A stretch of 64,000 nt of DNA, taken from positions 1,054,001 to 1,118,000 of the forward strand of contig NC_135823.1 in the NCBI RefSeq assembly GCF_964213995.1. The letters are read 5' to 3'. Below the pieces are notes generated by a model. That model worked only from the letters and a program-made list of their open reading frames with translations, was not told the origin of the DNA and searched no databases. A program made the position numbers and the translations under genes. This DNA comes from Mustelus asterias. Its lineage: Eukaryota. Positions 1 through 11,799 of the stretch are shown piece after piece (within the stretch, counting starts at the first letter, position 1; every line of letters starts with the position of its first letter).

Positions 1-790
1 AGATAGGGACGGAGAGGAAGAGAGGAATGGAGAGCCAGGCAAAGCCAGGCGAGAGAGAGAGAACGAGAGAGAAGGAGATCTTACAGGGAACGTTTAAATA
101 AGAAGAGAATTAAACAGACAGATCGACAGAAGGAGATATTCATTAATAGAACGGAAATTTGACATAACTCAGTTTAACAGGGACACAAATACATCTATAG
201 ACAGAGAAGGTCTAAAAGAAAATGGTAGAACTCGGAGAGAAACAGATCAGTACAGCATGATCGCGTGAAAGAGATATGAAAAAGAGAGAAACAACACAGA
301 GGAATAGATGTACATGAAGAGAAATTGGTCGCTGTTTAGATGGAGAACCATGTAACTATGAGAGAGAAGGGAGAGGCAGAGATACAAGGATTACAAGAGG
401 GGTCAATAGAGAGACAGAAAGAAGACATAGAGATAGAAACAGAAAGACAGGTAGCGACAGAGAGAGACAGCCGGCAAGAGCAAGACGGAGAGCGACAGAG
501 AGGCAGAGAGACAGAGAGGGAGAGATCGAGAGAGATAAAGAGGCAGNNNNNNNNNNNNNNNNNNNNNNNNNNNNNNNNNNNNNNNNNNNNNNNNNNNNNN
601 NNNNNNNNNNNNNNNNNNNNNNNNNNNNNNNNNNNNNNNNNNNNNNNNNNNNNNNNNNNNNNNNNNNNNNNNNNNNNNNNNCACAGAGAGAAACACTCAC
701 ACACACACACACAGATACAGAGTGAGAGAAATAGAGAGAGGGAGAGGGAGGGAGAAAAAGAGACGCAGAAATGGGAGAAGAAGACATACT
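1..790. repeat. Purine (GA)-rich low-complexity tract containing an assembly gap (N 547-681)
   Basis: (GA)n/(GACA)n-like runs; ORFs here are low-complexity artefacts. A similar tract lies at the equivalent intron position of gene 3 (~48620-49320). Confidence 0.85.
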
Positions 791-828
791 GACCAAGGAA
801 AATAGCTTTAACTGACTCTGGGAATGTC

Positions 829-945
829 ATGATGTGGAGATGCCGGCGTTGGACTGGGGTAAACACAGTAAGAAGTTTAACAACACCAGGTTAAAGTCCA
901 ACAGGTTTATTTGGTAGCAAAAGCCACACAAGCTTTCGAGGCTAT
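829..945 (-). mobile_element. Penelope-like element terminal fragment
   Basis: TGATGTGGAGATGCCGGCGTTGGACTGGGG...AACACCAGGTTAAAGTCCAACAGG; its distal part is the reverse complement of the 3' end of the Penelope copy at 6811-7843. Confidence 0.75.
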
Positions 946-1287
946 GTAATCAGACGTTTCAATTTCACGCATCGCCAAATCAGCCACTGACCACTAACTA
1001 TGTCAATATGGCCGAGTCATTCAGAAGAACACAAGCAATAGAAGCAGCAGGAGGCCACCCAGACCTCCCAGGCCGCTCTGCTATGTAATAACATCATGGC
1101 TAATCTTCAGCAAATCCTCCAGTTTCCCGCCCGTCACCCAAATCCATCAATCCACTGGCGCTCACAATGCTATCTCACTGACTGAACCTCCACGACTCTC
1201 TGGGTTACAATAAAGAGGAAGTACGTCTTCAGAAAGCGAAACCCTGAACTTTTAAGAAGCCTGTGATAGATTAATGATTGATTGGAT

Positions 1288-1600
1288 TCATAGAATCATA
1301 GAATCCGGACAGTGCAGAAAGAAGCAATTCGGCCCATCGACCATGCACCAACAAAAATCCAACCCAAGGCCTATAATCCCATAACCCCACTTATTTACCC
1401 TGCCAATCCCTCTGACACTAAGGGGCAATTTAGGATGGCCAATCCACCTAACGTACATATCTTCGGACGTGGGAGGAAACCAGTGCACCCGGAGGAAACC
1501 TACACATGCATAGGGGAACGTGCAGACTCCACTCAGACAGTGTGGAATTGAACCTGGGTATCTGGCGCTGTGAATTAGCAGTGCTAGCCATTGGGTTAAC
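1288..1600 (-). mobile_element. tRNA-derived SINE (HE1/V-SINE-like) with CR1-type 3' tail
   Basis: Reverse complement of the SINE at 53082-53411; ends in a (GATTCTAT)n-type tail. Confidence 0.8.
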
Positions 1601-1693
1601 GTGCCTTCAATTTCCATGGAGGCAATCGGAAATAGAGGCACTAGTAATTTACAAGGATGGGCTACTCTTCGTAAAAGTTAGCACTGAGTAGTT

Positions 1694-4600
1694 TTAGAAA
1701 CATAGAAACATAGAAAACTACAGCAGAAAACAGGCCCTTCGGCCCCACAAGTTGTGCCGAACATATCCCTACCTTTTAGGCCTCCCAATAACCCTCCATC
1801 CTATTAAGTCCCATGTCCTCATCCAGGAGTCTCTTAAAATACCCTATTGAGTTCTAGGGAATAGAAATGACCCTGGTAATTATAGGTCGGTTAGTCTTAC
1901 TTCGGTGGTTGGTAAATTGATGGAAAAGGTCCTTAGGGATGGGATTTACGACCATTTAGGAAGATGCGGATTAATCCGGGATAGTCAGCACAGATTCGTG
2001 AAGGGCAAGTCATGCCTCACAAATTTGACTGAATTTTTTGAGGAGGTAACTAAGTGTGTTGATGAAGGGAGGGCAGTTGATGTCATATACATGGATTTTA
2101 GTAAGGCGTAAGATAAGGTCCCCCATGGTCGGCTTATGACGAAAGTAAGGAGGTGTGGGATAGAGGGAAAGTTGGCAGATTGGATAGGTAACTGGCTATC
2201 TGATCGAAGACAGAGGGTGGTGGTGGATGGAAAATTTTCGGACTGGAGGCAGTTTGCGAGCGGAGTGCCACAGGGATCAGTGCTTGGTCCTCTGCTCTTT
2301 GTGATTCTTATGAATGACTTAGAGGAGGGGGCTGAAGGGTGGATCAGTAAATTTGCTGATGACACCCAGATTGGTGGAGTAGTGGATGAGGTGGAGGGCT
2401 GTTGTAGGCTGCAAAGAGACATAGATAGGATGCAAAGCTGGGCTGCAAGATGGCAAATGCAGTTTAACACTGATAAATGTGAAGTGATTCATGTTGGTAG
2501 GACTAATTTTAATGTGGATTACAGGGTCAAATGTCGGGTTCTGAAGACTGTGGAGGAACAGAGAGATCTTGGGGTCCATATCTACAGATCTCTAAAGGTT
2601 GCCACTCAAGTGGATAGAGCTGTGAAGAAGGCCTATAGTGCGTTAGCTTTTATTAACAGGGGATGGAGTTTAAGAGCCGTGGGGTTATGGTGCAACTGTA
2701 CAGGACCTTGGTGAGACCACATTTGGAATATTGTGTGCAGTTCTGGTCACCTCACTATAAGAAGGATGTGAAAGTGGTGGAAAGAGTGCAGAGGAGATTT
2801 ACCAGAATGCTGCCTGGTTTGGAGGGTAGGTCTTATGAGGAAAGGTTGAGGGAGCTAGGGCTGTTCTCTCTGGAGCGGAGGAGGCTGAGGGGAGACTGAA
2901 TAGAGGTTTATAAAATGATGAAGGGGATAGATAGAGTGAACGTTGAAAGATCATTTCCTCGGGTGGATGGAGCTATTACAAGGCGGCATAACTATAGGGT
3001 TCATGGTGGAGATTTACGAAGGATATCAGAGGTAGGTTCTTTACGCAGAGTGGTTGGGGTGTGGAATGGACTGCCTGAGTGATAGTGGAGTCAGACACTT
3101 TAGGAACATTTAAGCGGTTATTGGATAGGCACATGGAGCACACCAGGATGATAGGGAGTGGTATAGCTTGATCTTGGTTTCAGATAAAGCTCGGCACAAC
3201 ATCGTGGGCCGAAGGGCCTGTTCTGTGCTGTACTGTTCTATGTTCTATGTTCTATGAGTTTGCCTCCAGCACCATTGACGGCAGCCGATTGCACTCGCCC
3301 ATCACCCTCTGTGTGAAAAACTTCCCCCTAACATTTCCCCTGTACCTGAACCCCAGCACCTTAAACCTGTGTCCTCGAGTAGCAACCATTTCCACCCTGG
3401 GAATAAGCCTCTGAGAGTCCACCCGATCTATGCCTCTCAACATCTTATGTACCTCTATTAGGTCTCCTCTCATCCTCCGTCTCTCCAAGGAGAACAGACC
3501 GAGCTCCCTCAGCCTGTCCTCATAAGGCATGGCAATCAATCTAGGCAACATCCTTGTAAATCGCGTCGGCACCCTTTCAATCTTTTTCACATCCTTCCTG
3601 CAATGAGGCGACCAGAACTGATCACAGTACTCCAAGTGGGGTCTGACGAGGGTCTTATATAGCTGCATCATTATCCCCGGACTCCCAAACTCACTCCCTC
3701 GATTGATAAAGGCAAGCACACCATACGCCTTCTTAACCACCTCCTCCACCTGTGGTGCCGATTTTAGAGTCCTCTGGACCCGGACCCTAAGGTCCTTCTG
3801 ATCCTCCACAGTACTAAGAGTCTTTCCCTTTATATTGTACTCCTTCATCCAATTTGACCTGCCAAAATCGATCACGACGCATTTATCTGGGTTGAAATCT
3901 ATCTGCCACTTCTCCACCCAGTCTTGCATCCTATCTATGTCCCTCTGTAACTTTTGACATCCCTCCAGACTATCCACAACCCCAACAACCTTCGTCTCGT
4001 CGGCAAACTTACCAACCCATCCCTCCACTTCCTCATCCAGGTCATTTATGAAAATGACAAACAGCAAGGGTCCCAGAACAGATCCCTTCGGCACACCACT
4101 GGTGACTGACCTTCATTTAGAAAAAGACCCATCTATGCACACTCTCTGCCTCCTTTGGGCAAGCCAGGTCTGCATCCACATGGCAGCAGCCCGTTGGATC
4201 CCATGCCCTCTTACTTTTTCTAGAAGCCTTGCATGGGGGACCTTATCGAACGCCTTGCTAAAATCCATATAAACCACATCTACCGCTTTCCCTTCATCAA
4301 TGTGTTTAGTCACATTTTCGAAGAACTCCACCAGGCTCGTCAGGCACGATCTGCCTTTGACAAACCCTGTTGAGTATTCTTGAGCATACTAAACCTCTCC
4401 AAATGCTCATAAATCTTGTCCCTCATGATCTTCTGCATCAGCTTATCAACCACTGAGGTTAGACTCACCAGTTGGTAATTTCCTGGGTTATCCCTATTCC
4501 CCTTCTTGAAGATAGGAACCACATCCGCAATCCTCCAATCCTCCAGCACCTCTCCCGTCTCCATCGACGACGCAAAGATAATCGCCAGAGGCTGTGCAAT

Positions 4601-4880
4601 CTCTTTCCTCGTCTCCCACACTAACCTGGGGTACATCCCATCCGGACCCGGCGACTTATCTATCTTGATGCCATTCAAAGATTCCAGCACAACCTCTTTC
4701 TTAAAGTCCACATACTCAATCTTTTCAGTCCACCGCAAGCCCACAGTACATCCACCCATGTCCTTCCCCTCTGTGAGAACCGAGGCAAAATAATCATTAA
4801 GCACCTCTGCCATTTCTACTTGTTCCGGACTGATTTTCCCGCCTTCACCTTTTATAGGCCCTGTTCCTTCACGTCTCATC
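1694..4880 (-). mobile_element. CR1 LINE (5'-truncated, RT domain), interrupted by a nested + strand CR1
   Basis: ORFs 3252-4094, 4113-4331 and 4340-4888 carry RT motifs (KSPGPDG, YMDFSKAFDKVPH, PxGSVLGP, FADE); the 3' UTR and (CTATGTTT)n tail resume at 1694-1853. Confidence 0.9.
1854..3254 (+). mobile_element. CR1 LINE nested in the previous CR1
   Basis: RT motifs [10 protein letters not shown] and FADD; (TTCTATG)n tail; flanked by direct repeat TGAGTT (1848-1853 / 3255-3260). Confidence 0.9.
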
Positions 4881-4901
4881 GTGGACATTTTGAATATCTA
4901 C

Positions 4902-5205
4902 CTCTCTGAGCAGCGACACTGTCACTGAGAACATGATCAGCAGAGTTGATCTGAACGGCGCAAGTACAGCGAGCGCCGCTGCTCCAAGTTTCCGCCGAGA
5001 GGCTGATGTAAGTCCTCACAGTGTGGGTCCCGTCCTGTTCCAGCGTCCGTGTATCGGTCTGTCCCTCGATATCCCGCCCCGAAACACTCCAGCCGACGGG
5101 AAAGTTTCGGGAGACAAACCGCTGACCAAACACAACAACGGGACTCTTTCCATGGCGGGAATTTCTTCCAATTGCGGAGTGAGGAGGAACATGATGGGAG
5201 AACCC
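4902..5205 (-). pseudogene. Gene 1 C1-set Ig constant exon (1-nt frameshift; first nucleotide and acceptor displaced to 8889-8891)
   Basis: GSPIMFLLTPQLEEIPAMERVPLLCLVSGLSPE/fs/FPVGWSVSGRDIEGQTDTRTLEQDGTHTVRTYISLSAETWSSGARCTCAVQINSADHVLSDSVAAQR has C1-set hallmarks (LxCLV, W, DGT, W, C); phase-1 donor G|GTAGAT at 4902/4901. Confidence 0.9.
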
Positions 5206-6810
5206 ATCATCTTCCCATGAAAGTATTGTCTACAGAGGCTCTGTGGGTGGAAGTTCGGAGTGGGAAGGGGTCGATCACTTTGCTGGGAGTTTTCTAAAGG
5301 CCGCCCAATAGTCACAGGGAGGTGGAGGAGCAGACAGTGAAACTGATCCTGGAGAGATGAAATAATAGCAGAGTTGTTGTGATGGGAGACTTTAATTTCC
5401 CAAACATAGATTGGACTATTCCGAGGGTAAGGGGATTGGACAGGGAGGAGTTCGTTAGGTGTGTTCAGGAGGGTTTCCTGACACAGCATGTGGACAAGCC
5501 TCCAAGTGGAGAGGCTGTACTTGATCTGATACTGACCAATGAATCTGGACAGGTGTCAGATCTCTCAGTGGAGAGCATCTTGGGGATAGCGATCATAACT
5601 CTATCTCCGTTAATGCTTGCATTGGAAAAAGAGAGGATCAGGCAAGCTCGGAAAGCGATTATATGAGTAAGGGGAAATATGAAGACATAAGGCAGCAAAT
5701 TAGAGGAGTAAATTGGAAGGAGGTATTCTCGGGGAAATGTACTGAAGAGAGGCGGCAGTTTTTCAAGGAATGCCTGTTTCGAATTCTACAGGACAACTTT
5801 CCGAGCAGACAGGGAGGAGTTGGTAGGTTAAAGGAACCGTGGTGCACAAAAGCTGTGCGGGACCGAGTCGAGTACAAAAGGTTCAGAGAGCTTGGCGAGG
5901 ATAGGGATCTAGATGAGTATACGACTTGTAGGAAGGGAAAAAAGAAGGAAATTAGGAGAGCCAGAAGGGGTCACGAGAAGGCATTGGCAGGTGGGATTAA
6001 GGAAAACCCTAAGGCGTTCCATCAATATGCTCAATTTGTGAAGGAATAGGGCCTATAAAAGGGCCTATAAAAGGTGAAGGAATAGGTCCTATAATCGGGC
6101 CTATAAAAGGTGAAGGCGGGAACGTCTGTACGGGGAACCAGTAGAAATGGCAGAGGTGCTTAATGAGTATTTTGCCTCTGTTTACACGGAGGAGAAGGAC
6201 CTGGGTGGATGTACTGCGGGCTTGCGGTGGACTGAAATGATTGAGTATGTGGACTTTAACAAAGAGGTTGTGCCGGAATCTTTGAATGACATCAAGATAG
6301 ATAAGACGCCGGGTCTGGATGGCATGTACCCCAGGTTACAGTGGGAGGCGAGGGAAGAGATTGCAGAGCCTCTGGCGATGATGTTTGAGTCGTCGATGGA
6401 GATGGGAGAGGTGCCCGAGGATTGGAGGATTGTGGATGTAGTTCCTATTTTCAAGAAGGGGAATAGAGATAGCCCAGGAAATTACCGACCGGTGAGTCTA
6501 ACCTCAGTGGTTGGTAAGCTGATGCAGAAGATCCTGAGGGATAAGATTTATGAGCATTTGGAGCGATTTAGTATGCTCAAGATTACTCAACATGGCTTTC
6601 TCAAAGGCAGATCGTGCCTTACGAGCCTGGTGGAGTTCTTCAAAAATGTGACTTATCACATTGACGAAGGGAAAGTGGTAGATGTAGTCTATATGGATTT
6701 TAGCAAAGCGTTCGATAAGGTCCCCAATGCAAGGCTTCTAGAAAAAGTGAGAGGGCATAGGATTCAAGGGGCTGCTGCCCTCTGGATCCAGAACTGGCTT
6801 GCCCAAAGGA

Positions 6811-7843
6811 TATCGCGCTCGACTCATCGATCAACAGTTCCGACGCACCACAGCGAAAAAGCGCACCGACCTCCTCAGAAGACAAACACGGGACACGATG
6901 GACAGAGTACCCTTCGTCGTCCAGTACTTCCCCGGAGCGGAGAAGCCATGGCATCTCCTCCGGAGCCTTCAACATGTCATTGATGAAGACAAACATCTCG
7001 CCAATGCCATCCCCACACCCTCACATCTTACCTTCAAACAACCGCGCAACCTCAAACAGACAAATTGTCCGCAGCAAACTACCTATCCTTCAGGAGAACA
7101 GTGACCACGACACCACACAACCCTGCCACAGCAACCTCTGCAAGACGTACCGGATCATCGACATGGATGCCATCATCTCACATGAGAACACCATCTACCA
7201 GGTACACGGTACTTACTCTTGCAACTCGGCCAACGTTGTCTACCTGATACGTTGCAAGGAAGGATGTCCCGAGGCATGGTACATTGGGGAAACCATGCAG
7301 ACGCTACGACAACGGATGAATGAACACCGCTCGACAATCACCACGCAAGACTGTTCTCTTCCTGTGGGGGAGCACTTCAGCAATCACGGGCATTTAGCCT
7401 CTGATCTTCAGGTAAGCGTTCTCCAAGGCAGCCTTCACGACACACGACAGCGCAGAGTCGCTGAGCAGAAACTGATAGCCCAGTTCCGCACACATGAGGA
7501 CGGCCTAAACCGGGATGTTGGATTTATGTCACATTATCAGTAACCCCCACAGCTTGCCTCCTGGACTTGCGGGCTATCCTGTCAGGAGACAATACACATT
7601 TCTTTAACCTGTGCTTAATGCTCCCTCCACCCACATTGTCAGTATCTTTAAGATCTGGTTGGCTGTGGGGATTCGCATTCTAATCAGTATTCTGTAACTT
7701 GATTTTGTGTCTCTGTGCCCTGTTTGAGAGCACATTTCCACTCCATCTGACGAAGGAGCAGCGCTCCGAAAGCTAATGGTATTTGCTACCAAATATTCCT
7801 GTTGGACTTTAACCTGGTGTTGTTAAAACTCTTACTGTGTTGA
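6811..7843 (+). mobile_element. Penelope-like retroelement 3' part (RT C-terminus + GIY-YIG endonuclease) nested in CR1
   Basis: ORF 6974-7543 has NVVYLIRC...WYIGETMQTLRQRMNEHR (GIY-YIG); TSD CCCAAAGGA at 6802-6810 / 7844-7852, where the CR1 RT resumes. Confidence 0.9.
7743..7779 (+). ncRNA. Minimal type I hammerhead ribozyme motif in the Penelope terminal repeat
   Basis: CCAT-CTGACGA-A-GGAGC(AGC)GCTCC-GAAA-GCTA-ATGG: conserved core, helix II, helix I CCAT/ATGG and palindromic AGCT helix III. Confidence 0.7.
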
Positions 7844-9074
7844 CCCAAAGGAGGCAGAGAGTGAGTATAGATGGATATTTTTCTAAATGGAGGTCGGTCG
7901 CCAGTCGTGTGCCACAGGGATCTGTTCTAGGACACTTGTGGTTTGTCATTTTCATAAATGACCTGGATGAGGAAGTGGAGGGATGGGTTTGTACGTTTGC
8001 CGACGACACGAAGGTTGATGGAGATGTGGATAGTCTGGAGGGATGTCAGAGCGACATAGTTCGGATGCAAGACTGGGCGGAGAAGTGGCAGATGGACTTC
8101 AACCCAGATAAATGCGTCGTGATCGATTTTGGCAGGTCAAGTGGGATGAAGGAGTACAATATAAAGGGAAATCCTCTTAGTACTGTAGTGGATCAGAAGG
8201 ACCTTGTGGTCCGGGTCCATAGCACTCTAAATGCGGCCCCGCAGGTGGAGGAGGTGGTTAAGAAGGCGTATGGTGTGCTGGCCTTTATCAATCGAGGGAT
8301 TCAGTTTAGGAGTCCGGGGATGATGATGCAGCTATATAAGACCCTCGTCAGACCCCACTTGGAGTACTGTGCTCAGTTCTGGTCGCCTCATTACAGGAAA
8401 GATGTGGAAATGATTGAAAGGGTGCAGAGGAGATTTACAAGGATGTTGCGTGGATTGATTGGCATGTCTTATGAGGATAAACTGAGGGAGCTCGGTCTTT
8501 TCTCCTTGGAGAGGCGGAGGATGAGAGGAGACCTAATAGAGGTATATAAGATGTTGAGAGGCATAGATCGGGTGGCCTCTCAGAGGGTTTTTCTCAGGGG
8601 GGAAATGGCTGCTCCGAGAGGACACAGGTTTAAGGTGCTGTGGGGTAAGTACAGGCGAAATGCTGGGGGACGTTTTTCACACAGAGGGTAGTGGGCGAGT
8701 GGAATCGGCTGCCGTCAGTGGTGGTGGAGGCAAACTCAATAGGGTCTTTTGAGAGACTCCTGGATGAGTACATGGGACTTAATAGGATGGAGGGTTATAG
8801 GTAGGCCTACAAGGTAGGGATATGTTCGGCACAACTTCTGGGACCGAAGGGCCTGTTTTGTGCTGTAGTTTTCCTGTGTTTCTAACCCGCTACATCCGGC
8901 AAATAAAACAGAGAATCCATTAACAAGGGGATTTTTCACAGTGGCTGCATTACATTATTAATGCATGCAACTTGTGACACCAATGAATAAACTTTAAACT
9001 TTTACAGTTGGAACAGGACAAATTTTAGTGGCTCTTCAAATGCTCAATTCAATTGAAAAAATGAAAATGTTTAA

Positions 9075-9413
9075 CTTTGATCACCAGCGTGGAGACGTTT
9101 CCGTATATTAATCATCTGACCGTGTCATGGCGCATTGCACAGTCATACATTCCAGAATCGTTTCTCCGGGTATCTGCAATGATCAGAGAATAATTATCCT
9201 CTTCGTCAGAAATCTCACTTGAAAACTTCCCCGCCGCTGGAAGATGCTTGCTCGTGGTGTAAACGAGCTTCATGTCACTGATCTCCCTCTGCCTGTACCA
9301 GTAGACGAAATGAGGACCTGAGACCTGGATGTGACAGTTGAGTTGAACACGATCCCCCACCCGGAGTGTCTGAACCGGCGGAGACTGGGACAAGATGGAT
9401 TGAGATACTAAAA
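9075..9413 (-). pseudogene. Gene 1 germline-joined VJ exon (in-frame stop in CDR3, donor GT mutated to TT)
   Basis: ttctcag|..SQSPPVQTLRVGDRVQLNCHIQ..VYWYRQ..YSLII..NDSGMYDCAMRHDTVR*LIYGNVSTLVIK; 339 nt, same length and colinear with the gene 3 VJ exon. Confidence 0.92.
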
Positions 9414-9529
9414 CTGAGAAACAGAGAGAAAACGAGTGTCACCTCAGGTTATTGAGCATTCGTCCAACCGACGAAGATACGCAGATACGAATGTTTCTTG
9501 TCCAAAAACTGGGTTCACAATTAGTATCA

Positions 9530-10995
9530 TGCTGATTAAGAAGGGAGGGAGGCAGCTGACGAGAAATTATAGGCCGGTTAGCCTGACTTCGGTCATTGGC
9601 AAGATTTTAGAATCCATTATTAAACATGAATTGTGGACTACTTGGAAGTTCCTGATAAAATAGGACTGAGTTTGCACGGCTTCGTCAAGCGGATGTCATG
9701 TTTGACAATTCTGTTCGAGTTCTTTGAGTGGATAACAAGGAAGGTAGATAAAGGAAAACCAGAGGATGTGATTTATTTAGATTTGCAAAAGGCCTTTGAC
9801 AAGGTGCCGCATCGGAGAGTGTTAAGTAATTTGAGAGCCCATGAAGTTAAGGGTATGATCCTGGCATAGATAGAGGATTGGCTGACATGGCAGAAGTCAG
9901 ATAGTGGGGATAAAGGTGTCTTTTTCAGGATGGCAGGTGGAGACTAGTGATGTGCCTCAGGGGTCGGTGCTGGGACCAAAACAATTTCACAATATACATT
10001 AACGATTTGGAAGAAGGAACTGCAGCCACTGTTGCTCGGTTTGCAGATGATACAAAGTAATGTAGAGGGACAGGTAGTATTGAGAAAGCAGCGGCGGGGG
10101 GGGGGGGGGTGGGGGGGGGGGGGGCTGCAGAAGGACTTGGACAGGTTAGGAGAGTTTGCAAAGATGTGGCAGATGGAGTACAATGTGGAAAAGTGTGAGG
10201 TTATGCACTTTGGAAAGAGGAATGAAGGTATAAACTATTTTCTAAATGGGGAAATGTTCAGGAAATCAGAAAAAAAACAAAGTGAATTGAGAGTCATTGT
10301 CATGATTCTCTTCATGTTAACGTGCAGATTCAGTCAGCAGTTAGGAAGGCAAATGCAATGTTAACAGTGATGTCAAGAGGGCTCGAATACAAGGGCAGGG
10401 ATGTATTTCTGAAGCTGTTTTAGGCTCTGGTCAGACAAATTTGGAGTATTGTGAGCAGTTTTGGGCCCCCATATCTGAAGGATGTGCTGGCCTTGGAAAG
10501 GGTCCAGAGGGGGTTCACAAGAATGGTCCCTGGAATGAAGAGCTTGTCATATGAGGAACGGCAGAGGACTCTGGGTCTGTCCTCCTTTGAGTTTAGAAGG
10601 ATGAGGGGGGATTTTATTGAAACTTACATGATACTGCGAGGCCAGGATAGAATGAACATGGAGAGGATGTTTCCACCGGGAGGAAAAACTAGAACAAGAG
10701 GGAAAAACATCAGTCGAAAGGGACAATCCTTTAAAACAGAGATGAGGAGGAATTTCTTCAGCCAGAAAATGTTGAAACTGTGGAACCCTTTGCCGCAGAA
10801 GGCTGTGGAGGCCAGGTCATTGAGTGTCTTTAAGACAGAGACAGATAAGTTCTTGATTAACATGAGGGATCAGGGGTGAAGTGGAAAAGGCAGGAGAAGG
10901 AGGATGAGAAAAATATCAGCTGTGATTGAATGGTGGAGCAGACTCAATGGGTCGAGTGGCCTAATTCTGCTCTGATGTCTTATGGTCTTACGGTC
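9530..10995 (+). mobile_element. Degenerate CR1 LINE (RT + 3' tail) in the gene 1 leader-V intron
   Basis: NYRPVSLTSV, YLDLQKAFDKVPH and ERVQRGFTRM motifs with many stops. Confidence 0.85.
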
Positions 10996-11799
10996 TTCTG
11001 ATTGCGCCATTTTCTTACTCGCATTCTAATGGCAGAATTCAACACAATTCCCCGGAAATCTGGTTGAAACACCGGAGTGGACACATGGGAACTATTTCTT
11101 TAAATTATTCGTTCATGGGTACACGGGCATCGCTGGCTGGTTAGCTTTCATTGCCCATCCCTAGTTTCCCTTGGAGAGCAGTTGAGAGTCAATCACAATG
11201 CAGTGGCTCTGGAATCACATACAATCCAGACGAGATAATGACGGCAGATTTCCTTGCCTGAAGGACATCAGTGAACCACATGGGGTTTTCCGGCAATTGG
11301 GAATGATTTCATGGTCATCGGAAGATTCTTAATTCCAGATATTCGTGAATTTAATAAATTAAAGAAGTTCGACAAAGCAACATTTTTCAGAGAATGTATT
11401 CCGTCATTTGTACTTTGTTCTGCTTTTCCACTATCTTTGAGCACTTAACTTGCGTCCAGAGTTGATAATTTAGTCTAACGTTTGAATTGAAAAGCCCTCT
11501 TCTCCACAGGTGCCCATATTGTCAATGGAGAATGCTCACATTTTTTGTCACGGATAGGTGACATTGAACCCCAGCCCGAGATACAATTCTGACCTTGAGC
11601 GAGTGCCTGTGTGGAGTTTGAACGCTCTCACCGTGTCTGCGTGGGTTTCCTCCAGGTGTTCCTGTTCCCATTCCGCTCCAAAGATGTGCAGGTGAGGTGG
11701 ATTGGCCATGCCAAATTGCCCCCTAGTGTCCCAGAACGTGGAGGCCATGTGGATTGGCCATGCTAAATTGCCCTTAAGGGCCAAAGAATAGGAGCAGTG

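Larger units (their letters stand above)
5206..8883 (+). mobile_element. CR1 LINE (endonuclease C-terminal part + RT + 3' tail) inserted in the gene 1 C exon
   Basis: APE motifs (EALWVEVR, MGDFNFP, LDLIL); RT ORFs 6147-6983 and 7837-8691; tail ending ~8883; TSD AACCC at 5201-5205 and 8884-8888. Confidence 0.92.

Noticed and set aside
336-866. Long ORFs over the GA-rich tract and N gap
   Set aside because: Low-complexity and gap artefacts.
9095-9125. Relict RSS (CACGGTC...ACGGAAAC) within gene 1 CDR3/J
   Set aside because: Two heptamer mismatches, wrong spacer and a poor nonamer; it overlaps J coding sequence and is absent in gene 3.
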